A DNA stretch of 64,000 bases, taken from assembly GCA_025964555.1 (NCBI GenBank), contig JAOPYQ010000027.1:111462-175461 (forward strand), in the 5' to 3' direction. Of this stretch, positions 54,346 to 62,845 are shown piece by piece (the first letter of the stretch is position 1; each line of letters opens with the position of its first letter). Position numbers and translations under genes: made by a program. This DNA is from Thermoleophilia bacterium (GTDB taxonomy: Bacteria; Actinomycetota; Thermoleophilia; Gaiellales; SKUG01). The notes under the pieces are model-generated. The model saw only the letters and a list, made by a program, of their open reading frames with translations, did no database searches and was not told the origin of the DNA.

Positions 54346-55659
54346 GTGAGCTGTCCGATCGATCATGCAGGCGCGTCGGCGATCGCCGATGCCGCCTGGG
54401 GCCCCGGCCCGCAGGCACGCCCCGGCGCCAAGGGCGCGAAGGCGAACGAGCACAAGGTCTTTCGCGCCTCCCAGCGCCTCATGTGGTACTTCAACATGTA
54501 TGCGCGCTGGCGCGGCAAGCGCGGCGCGGACGTGGTGGCAATCCCGTTCCTGGGCTACGGGATCAACGGTGCGGTCGCGGTGCGCGAGATGCTGCTCGAC
54601 GAGGCGCGCTTCCCGAACACGAACTCCAGGCCCGAGACCGTGCTGTTGAGCCAGGTCGTCGGCCCGGCGTCGCTCACGAACCAGAACGGCAAGCCGCACC
54701 GCGACCTGCGGCTGCAGCTGACCGACCTGTTCACGCCCAGATACGTGAGCGAGCTGTGCGACCGCGTGCTCACCGACGTGATGGACAACCTCGAGCGCCA
54801 GCTGCGCGCGGGCGAGACGGTCGACATGGCGCGCTTCACGAAGATCATGACCGGCGCGATCGTCGCGGACCTCAACGGCGAGGAGTTCGAGACGGTCGAG
54901 GCGCAGGAACGGCGCGCACTCGAGCTGTCGGAGCTCGGTCGTCAGCTCGCGAACATGATCCCCGCGCGGCTGCGTCCGTTCACGCCGAAGGAGCTGGCGA
55001 AGGTCAACGAGCGTCTCGACCTGCTGGTGGAGGGGCTCGAGGAGACGTACGAAGCCGGCGAGGAGCGCACGGTGCCGGGCCGCTTCAAGGCGCGCGGGGT
55101 GCCGTGGGACGTCGCGCGGGGCATCCTCGTCGTGCTCATCCTCGGTGGGCTCGAGACCACGCAGTCGGGCGGTTCCAGGCTCGTCGCGCTCCTGAGCGAC
55201 ACGAACCAGTGGGCCGACCTGCACGCGCGCCCCGACAAGCTCATGGAGACGATCGACGAGAGCATCCGTGTCACGACTCCCGTGCCGATCATCACGCGCT
55301 GGGTCGCCGAGGACACGGTGTTCCGCGGCACGCGCATGAAGCAGGACAAGCTGGTCGTGGCGTTCCTCAACAACGCGGTGCGCGACGAGCGCGTGATCCC
55401 CGACGGCGGGGACTTCTGCCCGGCGCGCACGATCCCGCGCGAGCTGCGCCAGCTGCACTTCGGTGCCGGCCCGCACTTCTGCATCGGCAACAACCTCGCG
55501 CGCGGCGAGATGAAGATGTTCATGGAGCGCGTGCTGCGGGTGCCGGGCGAGATCGAGGTCGTCGACCGAACGTTCGCCAAGCACTGCCTCATCCCGACGT
55601 ACAAGCACCTGATGGTGCGGATCAAGCCGGGCAGCGCGAGCAAGCAGCACGCAGCGTGA
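54346..55659 (+). CDS. Cytochrome P450 (second of three)
   Basis: GTG start. I-helix LGGLETT, ExxR (ESIR), heme loop FGAGPHFCIG. Confidence 0.9.
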   Translation: MSCPIDHAGASAIADAAWGPGPQARPGAKGAKANEHKVFRASQRLMWYFNMYARWRGKRGADVVAIPFLGYGINGAVAVREMLLDEARFPNTNSRPETVLLSQVVGPASLTNQNGKPHRDLRLQLTDLFTPRYVSELCDRVLTDVMDNLERQLRAGETVDMARFTKIMTGAIVADLNGEEFETVEAQERRALELSELGRQLANMIPARLRPFTPKELAKVNERLDLLVEGLEETYEAGEERTVPGRFKARGVPWDVARGILVVLILGGLETTQSGGSRLVALLSDTNQWADLHARPDKLMETIDESIRVTTPVPIITRWVAEDTVFRGTRMKQDKLVVAFLNNAVRDERVIPDGGDFCPARTIPRELRQLHFGAGPHFCIGNNLARGEMKMFMERVLRVPGEIEVVDRTFAKHCLIPTYKHLMVRIKPGSASKQHAA

Positions 55660-56942
55660 GCGCAACCACGACCGGTGGGGCAGCACCCCGCGTGGTGCAG
55701 CCCAACGCCGCCGCGCTCGAAGCCATGCGACACGCCGACCCCGGCGCGAAGCTCGCGAAGCGGCACGAGGCGAAGCTGTTTCGCGCCTCGCAGCGCATCT
55801 TCTGGTGCTTCAACATGTACGCGCGGTATCGGCGCCGCGACATCGTGAAGGTCCCGTTCCTGGGCTATGCCATCAACGGCGCCGTCGCGGTGCGCGAGGC
55901 GCTGCTCGATGCGGAGAAGTTCCCGAACACCAACTCCAGGCCCGACACCGTGCTCGTGACGCAGCTCGTCGGCCCGCAGTCGCTCACCAACCAGAACGGC
56001 GAGCCGCACAAGCAGCTGCGACTGCAGCTGCAGGACCTATTCACGCCGAAGTACGTTCGCGACCTGTGCGACCGCGTGCTGACCCCCGTCATGGACGACG
56101 TTCGCGCAGCGCTCCTGCGCGGCGAGACGGTCGACGTGTCGCGCTGGGCGCGCATCATCACCGGCACGATCGTGATGAGCATGAACGGCGAGCACCTGAC
56201 CGGCGCGGCGCGGGACGAGCGGGCGATGGAACTCACCGAGATCGGGCGCGAGATCGCGAACATGGTCCCGGCGCGGCTCAAGGCCGTGGGCGACAAGCGA
56301 GTCGACCACGCGAACGCGCTCGTCGACCGGCTCATCGTCGGCGTCCGCGAGACGTACGAGGCTGGCGACGAGGGGACGATTCCGGGTCGCATGAAGGCGC
56401 GCGGGATCCCGTGGGAGGTCGCGCGCGGACTCATCGTGGTGCTCATCCTGGGCGGCACGGAGACGACGCAGTCGGGCAGCGCGCGGATCGTCGCGATGCT
56501 CACCGACACGAACCAGTGGGGCGTGCTGCGCGCCGACCACAACCTGCTCGACAACGCCATGGACGAGGGCCTGCGCGCGTGCACGCCCGTGCCGATCATC
56601 ACGCGCTGGGTGGCGAAGGACTGCGAGTTCCGCGGAACGAAGATGCGCAAGGACAAGCTCGTCGTCACGTTCCTCAACAACGCGGTGCGCGACAAGCGCG
56701 TGATCGATCGCGGCGGCGACTTCGACATCACGCGAACGATCCCGCGTGAGCTGCGCCTGCTCAACTTCGGCGCCGGGCCGCACTTCTGCCTCGGCTACAA
56801 CCTCGCCAAGCGCGAGATCGGCATGATGCTTGAGCAGCTCCTCGCCCTCCCGCGAGAGGTGGAGATCGTCGATCGCACCTACGCCGACGCCGTGCTCATG
56901 CCGGCGTACAGGCACCTGATGATCCGCATGCGGCCGGCCTGA
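55656..56942 (+). CDS. Cytochrome P450 (third of three; close paralogue of the second)
   Basis: GTG 55656 overlaps the upstream stop (GTGA). LGGTETT, EGLR and FGAGPHFCLG. Long collinear identity with the preceding P450 (FRASQR..W.FNMYAR...FPNTNSRP.TVL...LTNQNG.PH). Confidence 0.9.
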   Translation: MSATTTGGAAPRVVQPNAAALEAMRHADPGAKLAKRHEAKLFRASQRIFWCFNMYARYRRRDIVKVPFLGYAINGAVAVREALLDAEKFPNTNSRPDTVLVTQLVGPQSLTNQNGEPHKQLRLQLQDLFTPKYVRDLCDRVLTPVMDDVRAALLRGETVDVSRWARIITGTIVMSMNGEHLTGAARDERAMELTEIGREIANMVPARLKAVGDKRVDHANALVDRLIVGVRETYEAGDEGTIPGRMKARGIPWEVARGLIVVLILGGTETTQSGSARIVAMLTDTNQWGVLRADHNLLDNAMDEGLRACTPVPIITRWVAKDCEFRGTKMRKDKLVVTFLNNAVRDKRVIDRGGDFDITRTIPRELRLLNFGAGPHFCLGYNLAKREIGMMLEQLLALPREVEIVDRTYADAVLMPAYRHLMIRMRPA

Positions 56943-57055
56943 ACGAGTGGCCCGAATCACTGCCTGTGCGTCATCGACGTCACATCCCCCGTGACTTTCA
57001 TGACGCACATGCCACGAGGACGGAACCGCAGGGCCCGCCGACACGACGTACAGGC

Positions 57056-58363
57056 ATGCCGGTACGCCGGAACATCTCGCTGCTCATCGCAGGAAACGGC
57101 GCGTCGCTGCTCGGCGACGGCATGTTCGTGGTCGCCATCGGCTTCGCCGTGTTCGCGGTCGGCGGTGGCGCGGGCGCGCTCGGCGTGATCCTGCTGGCGG
57201 GCGTGGCGACGATCTTCGCGTGCATCCTGCCCGCGGGGGTGCTGGTGGATCGGGTCTCGCGTCGCCGCGTGCTCGTCGGCGCGGACGTCGTCCGTTGCCT
57301 CATCCAGCTGTCCAGTGCGGCGATCGTCGCGCACGACGACGCCCACTGGTGGTGGCTGCTGCCGGGATCGATCCTGTTCGGCGCGGTCACCGCGCTGCAC
57401 CAGCCGGCGACGATGTCGTTCACGGCCGAGGTCGCTCCGCCGGAGGAGCTCGAGAAGGTGAATGGATCGATCCAGGCGCTGCGCGGCCTGGGCATCGTGC
57501 TCGGCGGCGCCATCGCAGGATGGATCGTCGCCACGCGTGGACCGGTCGACGTCATGGTCGTCGACGCGATCACGTTCCTGGTCTGCGCGATCTGCATCGC
57601 CGCGATCCGCATGCCTGATCACGCGGAGGCCACGCCCGCGGCTCGCGTCGCGGGTGGAACGACAGGCGTCGACGACATCAAGGCCGCGGTGTCGGTCGTG
57701 CGATCGCACACCTGGCTCGTGCACGGACTGCTGCTCATCACCGGGTTCGTGGTGGTGAGCTACGGACCGATCCAGGTCGTCGGGCCCGCCGCCGCCGAGG
57801 ACAACGCAGTCGCCGCGGGAATGTCAGCCTCGATGTTCTGGGCATGGATGTCAGCCGCCACCGCGATCGGGATGATCGTGGGCGGCGTGACTGCGTTCGT
57901 GCGCCCCGTCGGCGAGACGATGAACGCGCTGCGCATCCTGCTCGTGCTCGGCGCGCTCGGGCCGATCGGCATGGCCGCAGGCGTCGAGCCGCTCCTGACG
58001 CTCCCCGGCTTCGCGGCGATCGGCGGCGCGATGGGGCTGTTCTCCTCCGGCTGGGAATCGGTCAAGCAGTCCCGCATCGAGCAGCGCATGCTCGCGCGGG
58101 TCGCATCGCTCGACATGTTCGCGCAGCTCGTCGGGATGATGGTCGGCGTGACGGCCGCCGCGGCGATCGCGACGTTCATGAGCACCGACGCGGTGCTGTG
58201 GTGGATCGGGATCGGCTGCGCCGCGCTCGCCGTGGTCTCGGCCACGAGCCCCGCCCTCACCGGGATCTTCCGCGTGCGCGCGGGTGAGCTGGCGAGCGCA
58301 GGTGAGCTGGCGAATTCGGGTGGCGAACCGACCGATGCCGTCGCGCCGGCGCTCGCGAACTGA
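57056..58363 (+). CDS. MFS transporter (EntS/MFS_3-like exporter)
   Basis: Starts at MPVRRNISLLIAGNGASLLGDGMF (ATG 57056). About 12 hydrophobic helices. Confidence 0.85.
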   Translation: MPVRRNISLLIAGNGASLLGDGMFVVAIGFAVFAVGGGAGALGVILLAGVATIFACILPAGVLVDRVSRRRVLVGADVVRCLIQLSSAAIVAHDDAHWWWLLPGSILFGAVTALHQPATMSFTAEVAPPEELEKVNGSIQALRGLGIVLGGAIAGWIVATRGPVDVMVVDAITFLVCAICIAAIRMPDHAEATPAARVAGGTTGVDDIKAAVSVVRSHTWLVHGLLLITGFVVVSYGPIQVVGPAAAEDNAVAAGMSASMFWAWMSAATAIGMIVGGVTAFVRPVGETMNALRILLVLGALGPIGMAAGVEPLLTLPGFAAIGGAMGLFSSGWESVKQSRIEQRMLARVASLDMFAQLVGMMVGVTAAAAIATFMSTDAVLWWIGIGCAALAVVSATSPALTGIFRVRAGELASAGELANSGGEPTDAVAPALAN

Positions 58364-58372
58364 CGTGGCTGG

Positions 58373-59575
58373 CTACGCCGCCTCGTAGTACTGCACGTCG
58401 TTGCCCTCGCCCCAGCCTTCGCGGTCCAGGTCGATCACGGGCTCGTCTTCGCGGGGCATCGCGACCTTCGGCGCTTCCTCCACGACGACCGGCAGCTCGT
58501 GCTCGGCGACGAGCAGCTCGTGCAGCAGCAGCGCGTCGCGGATGAGCTCGTCGAGCGTCTCCATGTCGTCGGGCGCGCCGTCACGCGTGACGACGAGCAG
58601 GTCGCCGACGATGTCGACGTCCATCGGATGCTCGGCCAGGTACTGGTCCATGCGCTGGTCCACGAGCTGCTGCAGTGCGCGCTGGTCCTGCTCCGGCGTC
58701 GCGGCCAGGTGGGCGCGGCATTCCGCGAAGCCGGGGGCGATCAGTCCACCGAGCATCGCGCGCAGCAGGATCGGGCGCTGGGCGTAGTGGTCGGCGCGGA
58801 TGCTCGCACCCTTCCAGCGGGCGGCGGCGGCCTCGGGCATCGGCATCACGACGATGCCGGCACGCCAGTGGGTGGCGTGGTCGCCGTACTCGGCATCCGG
58901 CGGCAGCTCGGCGCGGCGCAGCACGCTGCCGACGATCGCCTCGCGCCCGACGACCTTGCGACGTGCGACGTGCTCGAACGTGCGATCGGCGAGCCCACCG
59001 ATGAGCGGCGACCGATCGAGCAGTCCCGGCATGATCTTGCCCGGCCCGGCCGCAGCGCCCGGCTCGAAGCCGCGGCTCGCGCACCAGTGGTACCAGAAAC
59101 CGACGCGTGCCTGGACGTGGATGAGGATGCGCACCGCGACCGGGATGAGGACACCGAAGCCGACACCGATGCCGAGCTTGATGCCGGTGCCGAAACCGCC
59201 GGGGTGCAGGATCGACGTGATCGCGAAGTACCAGCACAGGAGCGTCACCGCGACGGCACCGGCGAGCTGCGCGCCCTCGAGGCTCAGCAGCCGCTCCACG
59301 GTGAACTTGGCTCGCTCCGCGGGTGGCTCGACCGATCCCCGTGGCGAGCCCTCGAAGACGAGATCCTTGGGTCGCGGATGCAGGAGGCCGTCGTCAGCCA
59401 ATGTCGGCTTCTCGAGCTTCGGCGCGTCGAGGTAGTAGACCTCGGCTTCCTCGGGTTCGGGCTCCGGGAGCGCGACGTGCTCGGTCCAGCCCATGCCGTC
59501 CCACCAGCGCACGCCTCCAGACCCCGCGGGATCGGGGTACCAACCTGGTGCTGGTGCGGCCTGGCTCAGTGTCAT
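58373..59575 (-). CDS. DUF2510-domain membrane protein
   Basis: Starts at MTLSQAAPAPGWYPDPAGSGGVRWWDGMGWTEH (the DUF2510 signature). Central TM pair. The upstream 51 codons of the listed ORF are rejected. Confidence 0.75.
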   Translation of the reverse strand: MTLSQAAPAPGWYPDPAGSGGVRWWDGMGWTEHVALPEPEPEEAEVYYLDAPKLEKPTLADDGLLHPRPKDLVFEGSPRGSVEPPAERAKFTVERLLSLEGAQLAGAVAVTLLCWYFAITSILHPGGFGTGIKLGIGVGFGVLIPVAVRILIHVQARVGFWYHWCASRGFEPGAAAGPGKIMPGLLDRSPLIGGLADRTFEHVARRKVVGREAIVGSVLRRAELPPDAEYGDHATHWRAGIVVMPMPEAAAARWKGASIRADHYAQRPILLRAMLGGLIAPGFAECRAHLAATPEQDQRALQQLVDQRMDQYLAEHPMDVDIVGDLLVVTRDGAPDDMETLDELIRDALLLHELLVAEHELPVVVEEAPKVAMPREDEPVIDLDREGWGEGNDVQYYEAA

Positions 59576-59751
59576 CACCTGGGCGTGGACAAGGGGTGCG
59601 TGGGTGCGTGTCCGCACGCGGTACGGGCGGACAATCGAACCATCGGCACGGCGAACGTCGGCCTTGAGCCCCGGCGAGCGGCGTCGTGCTGCGGTATTGT
59701 CGGCGTCGAGCCGCGGAATTCCGCCCATTCGACCCCATCAGGAGGCCCCAG

Positions 59752-60744
59752 ATGATCGTGACCACCAAGGAGCTGTTCCAGCACGCCTACGGGAAGTACG
59801 CCGTCGGGGCCTACAACATCAACAACCTCGAGCAGGCGATGGGGCTGTTCCGAGGCAACCTCGGGAAGCTCGAGAGCGCCGATGCAGCCGTGGACGAGGC
59901 CGTCGCGGCCCCGTTCATCATCCAGATCTCGCGCGGCGCGCGCAGCTACACCGACAAGCGCATGCTCGAGGCCGTCATCCGCGGCGCGGACGAGGTGTTT
60001 CCGGAGGCCGTGTTCGCCGTGCACCTCGACCACGGCACCGAGGAGTCCTGTTACGACTGCATCGACTCCGGGTTCTACTCGAGCGTGATGATCGACGCCT
60101 CGCACGAGGACTTCGAGGAGAACATCGCGATCACCAAGCGCGTGGTCGAGCGTGCCCACGCCAAGGGCATCGTCGTGGAAGCCGAGCTCGGACAGCTCGG
60201 CGGCGTCGAGGAGGACATCGAGGTCTCGGAGGAGCACGCGTCGCTCACGGATCCCGACCAGGCCGTCGAGTTCGTGGAGCGCACCGGCTGCGACTCGCTG
60301 GCCGTCGCCATCGGTACCTCGCACGGTGCGTACAAGTTCGCCGGTGGTCAGGGCCTGCACTTCGATCGCATCGAGGCGATCCAGGGGCTGCTGCCGGACT
60401 TCCCGCTCGTGATGCACGGCTCCTCGAGCGTCCCGAAGGAGTGGGTCGACCGGATCAACGAGGCGGGCGGCGACATGCCGGGCGCGTCGGGCGTGCCGGA
60501 GGACCAGTACCTGCCCGCCGCGAAGCTCGGCGTGACGAAGGTCAACATCGACACGGACGGCCGCCTCGTGTGGTGCGCGATCCACCGCGAGTTCTTCCGC
60601 GACAAGCCTGCCGAGTTCGACCTGCGCGGTCCCGGCAAGCCGTTCATGAACGCGTACGCGGAGTTCATCGCGCACAAGAACCAGAAGCTCGGTTCGGCAG
60701 GTCAGCTCGCGGGCGTCAAGGAGACGCTCGCGGTCACGGCGTGA
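59752..60744 (+). CDS. fba: Class II fructose-1,6-bisphosphate aldolase
   Basis: AGGAGG lies 6 nt before ATG 59752. Motifs AVHLDHG, AIGTSHGAYK and LVMHGSSSVP. Confidence 0.95.
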   Translation: MIVTTKELFQHAYGKYAVGAYNINNLEQAMGLFRGNLGKLESADAAVDEAVAAPFIIQISRGARSYTDKRMLEAVIRGADEVFPEAVFAVHLDHGTEESCYDCIDSGFYSSVMIDASHEDFEENIAITKRVVERAHAKGIVVEAELGQLGGVEEDIEVSEEHASLTDPDQAVEFVERTGCDSLAVAIGTSHGAYKFAGGQGLHFDRIEAIQGLLPDFPLVMHGSSSVPKEWVDRINEAGGDMPGASGVPEDQYLPAAKLGVTKVNIDTDGRLVWCAIHREFFRDKPAEFDLRGPGKPFMNAYAEFIAHKNQKLGSAGQLAGVKETLAVTA

Positions 60745-60771
60745 GCACGGGCGTGACGCTCGGCGACTGAC

Positions 60772-61326
60772 TCAGCGCACCACGAAGTACGCGACGGCCC
60801 CGAGGGCCAGGAGCACGAGGACGATCGGGAACAGCTTCCCGCCGACCCGCTTCTGGACGAAGGGGCCGTCGGTCGTTTCGGTGCCGGTCGGCATCGCGCC
60901 GCTTGCGGGAATGGCTGACGACGTTGCGGCCATCGTCGAGCCGGAGGTCGCACCCGCCGTGGCGCCATAGCTCGGGGGCGGCGGATTCGATCCACCGCCG
61001 CCGATCTTGCCGTCGCCGTCGATGTCCTGACCGGTCGCCAGCTCGATGTTCTGGATCACGTGGTCGGGCATGAACTTGTGGTACCGCTTGAGCTTCTCGA
61101 GCGCCTCGGGCGGAAGCGTCGCGCCGTTGAGCGAGATGTCCTCGGTCGAGTGCGACGAGGACTGCTGCATCGTGGCGTTGCCCTGGCCGTCGAGCGTGAT
61201 GTCCATCGTCGCGCCGGAGCCGTCGGCGCGTCGGAGGGTGCCCGTGCGGCGCAGCTCGTCGAACTCGGGATCGGTGACCCCCTGCGCGCGCAGGAGCTGT
61301 TCGGCGAGTGGCGGTATCTCGTGCAT
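60772..61326 (-). CDS. Hypothetical tail-anchored membrane protein
   Basis: 184-aa high-GC3 ORF. Contains DGDGKIGGGGSNPPPP, a Ser/Thr/Ala-rich linker and a C-terminal TM LFPIVLVLLALGAVAYFVV. Confidence 0.55.
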   Translation of the reverse strand: MHEIPPLAEQLLRAQGVTDPEFDELRRTGTLRRADGSGATMDITLDGQGNATMQQSSSHSTEDISLNGATLPPEALEKLKRYHKFMPDHVIQNIELATGQDIDGDGKIGGGGSNPPPPSYGATAGATSGSTMAATSSAIPASGAMPTGTETTDGPFVQKRVGGKLFPIVLVLLALGAVAYFVVR

Positions 61327-61484
61327 GCAGGCGGGTTACCCACGTCGCGACGGTCGCATGCCGACGTGCGCGGCATCGCACCATTGGATGCCGTCACGCT
61401 GCAGACGCTGCAGACCTGCTTGCGCGTTGCTGCTCCGTGGTTTCACCATCGTTCGAACATCGTTTGACTGGGAGGAATGTCACC

Positions 61485-62804
61485 ATGGATCTGCAGCACC
61501 GAACCCGCGCGCTTCGACGCGCTCTTCGCGACCACCTGCCACTCGTCGTCGTCGGCACATGCGTCGCCGCGACGAGCGCATATGGCGCCGTCTCGATTTC
61601 TGGACAGAGCATCATCAACGGGACCGTCACGAGCGCGGACGTTCGCAATGGTTCGCTGCAGCTCGTGGACCTGTCGCCCAAGGCACGCCGCTCGATGCGG
61701 GGAGCCGCCGGCGCGACCGGAGCAGGTGGCGCCACTGGCGCCGCCGGGCTTGCGGGCCTCGCCGGACCGATGGGTCCCGTTGGGCCGATGGGTCCGGCCG
61801 GCAAGTGGAGCGGCGTGACCGCGAGCTCGGGCGACACGAGCGTGGACAACGACACGAATTCAGGGGACGCCAACAACGTTGGTGTCCCTGGACCTGCCGG
61901 CGCGATGGGTCCGCAGGGCCCCGCGGGCGACAAGGGCGCGCCCGGCGACAAGGGCGCGCCCGGCGACAAGGGCGCACCCGGTGACAAGGGCGAGGGCGGC
62001 GACAAGGGCGAGAAGGGCGACAAGGGCGAGGGCGGCGACAAGGGCGAGAAGGGTGACAAGGGCGACAAGGGCGAGGGTGGCGACAAGGGCGAGAAGGGTG
62101 ACAAGGGTGACAAGGGTGACAAGGGACAAGGCGGCGACAAGGGCGAGAAGGGTGACAAGGGTGAAGGCGGCGACAAGGGCGACAAGGGTGACAAGGGAGA
62201 AGGCGGCGACAAGGGTGAGAAGGGCGACAAGGGCGACAAGGGTGAGCCTGGCGAGAAGGGCAACAAGGGCGACCAGGGCGAGCTTGGCCTGATGGGCATG
62301 ACCGGACTCACCGGCGACAAGGGCGCGAAGGGTGACAAGGGTGACAAGGGCGACGACGGCCTGTCCGGTGGCAAGGGAGACAAGGGCGAGAAGGGTGACA
62401 AGGGTGAGAAGGGTGACGCCGGCAGCGCCGGTACGACCGGACCCATCGGACCCATGGGACCCGTCGGGCCGATCGGACCGCAGGGCATCCAGGGCCTGAC
62501 CGGCCCGGCCTTCGTTCCCACGCTCGACGTCGTGCTTGGCACGCCTGTCTCGACCGGCAACGGGTCCGACCCGACCGCCTCCGCGACGGCTGCGTGCAAC
62601 AACGCAGATGCGAACGGCGACGACATCCTCATCGGCGGTGGCTTCCAGCGCACGGATGCCACGGCCAACGCGGGTCGCGTCGACGCGTCGTTCCTCAACA
62701 CGCCGCCGAACCCCGACGTGTGGACTGTCACGTTCCGACGTGACAGCTCCACCAACAACACGAACGTCAGCTATCGCGCATACGCGATCTGCCTCGTCGT
62801 CTGA
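61485..62804 (+). CDS. Membrane-anchored collagen-like triple-helix repeat protein (GDK-rich) with a ~98-aa C-terminal globular domain
   Basis: GGGAGG lies upstream of ATG 61485. N-terminal anchor LPLVVVGTCVAATSAYG. A first short G-X-Y run (GAAGATGAGGATGAAGLAGLAGPMGPVGPMGPAG) is followed by 70 uninterrupted G-X-Y triplets. Confidence 0.85.
   Translation: MDLQHRTRALRRALRDHLPLVVVGTCVAATSAYGAVSISGQSIINGTVTSADVRNGSLQLVDLSPKARRSMRGAAGATGAGGATGAAGLAGLAGPMGPVGPMGPAGKWSGVTASSGDTSVDNDTNSGDANNVGVPGPAGAMGPQGPAGDKGAPGDKGAPGDKGAPGDKGEGGDKGEKGDKGEGGDKGEKGDKGDKGEGGDKGEKGDKGDKGDKGQGGDKGEKGDKGEGGDKGDKGDKGEGGDKGEKGDKGDKGEPGEKGNKGDQGELGLMGMTGLTGDKGAKGDKGDKGDDGLSGGKGDKGEKGDKGEKGDAGSAGTTGPIGPMGPVGPIGPQGIQGLTGPAFVPTLDVVLGTPVSTGNGSDPTASATAACNNADANGDDILIGGGFQRTDATANAGRVDASFLNTPPNPDVWTVTFRRDSSTNNTNVSYRAYAICLVV
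61881..62510 (+). repeat. 630-bp uninterrupted G-X-Y coding repeat dominated by 9-bp GGYGACAAG (Gly-Asp-Lys) and GGCGAGAAG (Gly-Glu-Lys) units
   Basis: Read directly. Runs from GVPGPAG at 61881 to GLTGPA at 62510. Highly iterated GDKGEKGDKGEGGDKG blocks. Confidence 0.9.
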
Positions 62805-62827
62805 TCAGGCGTCGAATCGGGAGCTGG

Positions 62828-62845
62828 CCGCGCGGCGTCGCGCGG
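62828..62845. terminator. GC hairpin CCGCGCG-GCGT-CGCGCGG downstream of the collagen-like gene
   Basis: 7-bp perfect stem with a 4-nt loop, 24 nt after the stop codon. No U-tract, so this is weak. Confidence 0.3.

Noticed and set aside
48347-55686. Long minus-strand ORFs across the lipid operon (48347-50845, 50686-52500, 53314-55686)
   Set aside because: They are antisense shadows of clearly motif-bearing plus-strand genes (thiolase, P450s, ANL enzyme, SDR), and their composition is Arg-rich with no motifs.
61881-62510. Short-period DNA repeats that might be mistaken for a CRISPR array or a non-coding satellite
   Set aside because: The period is 9 bp and the repeats lie in frame inside a high-confidence G-X-Y coding region. 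There is no repeat-spacer organisation and no cas genes.
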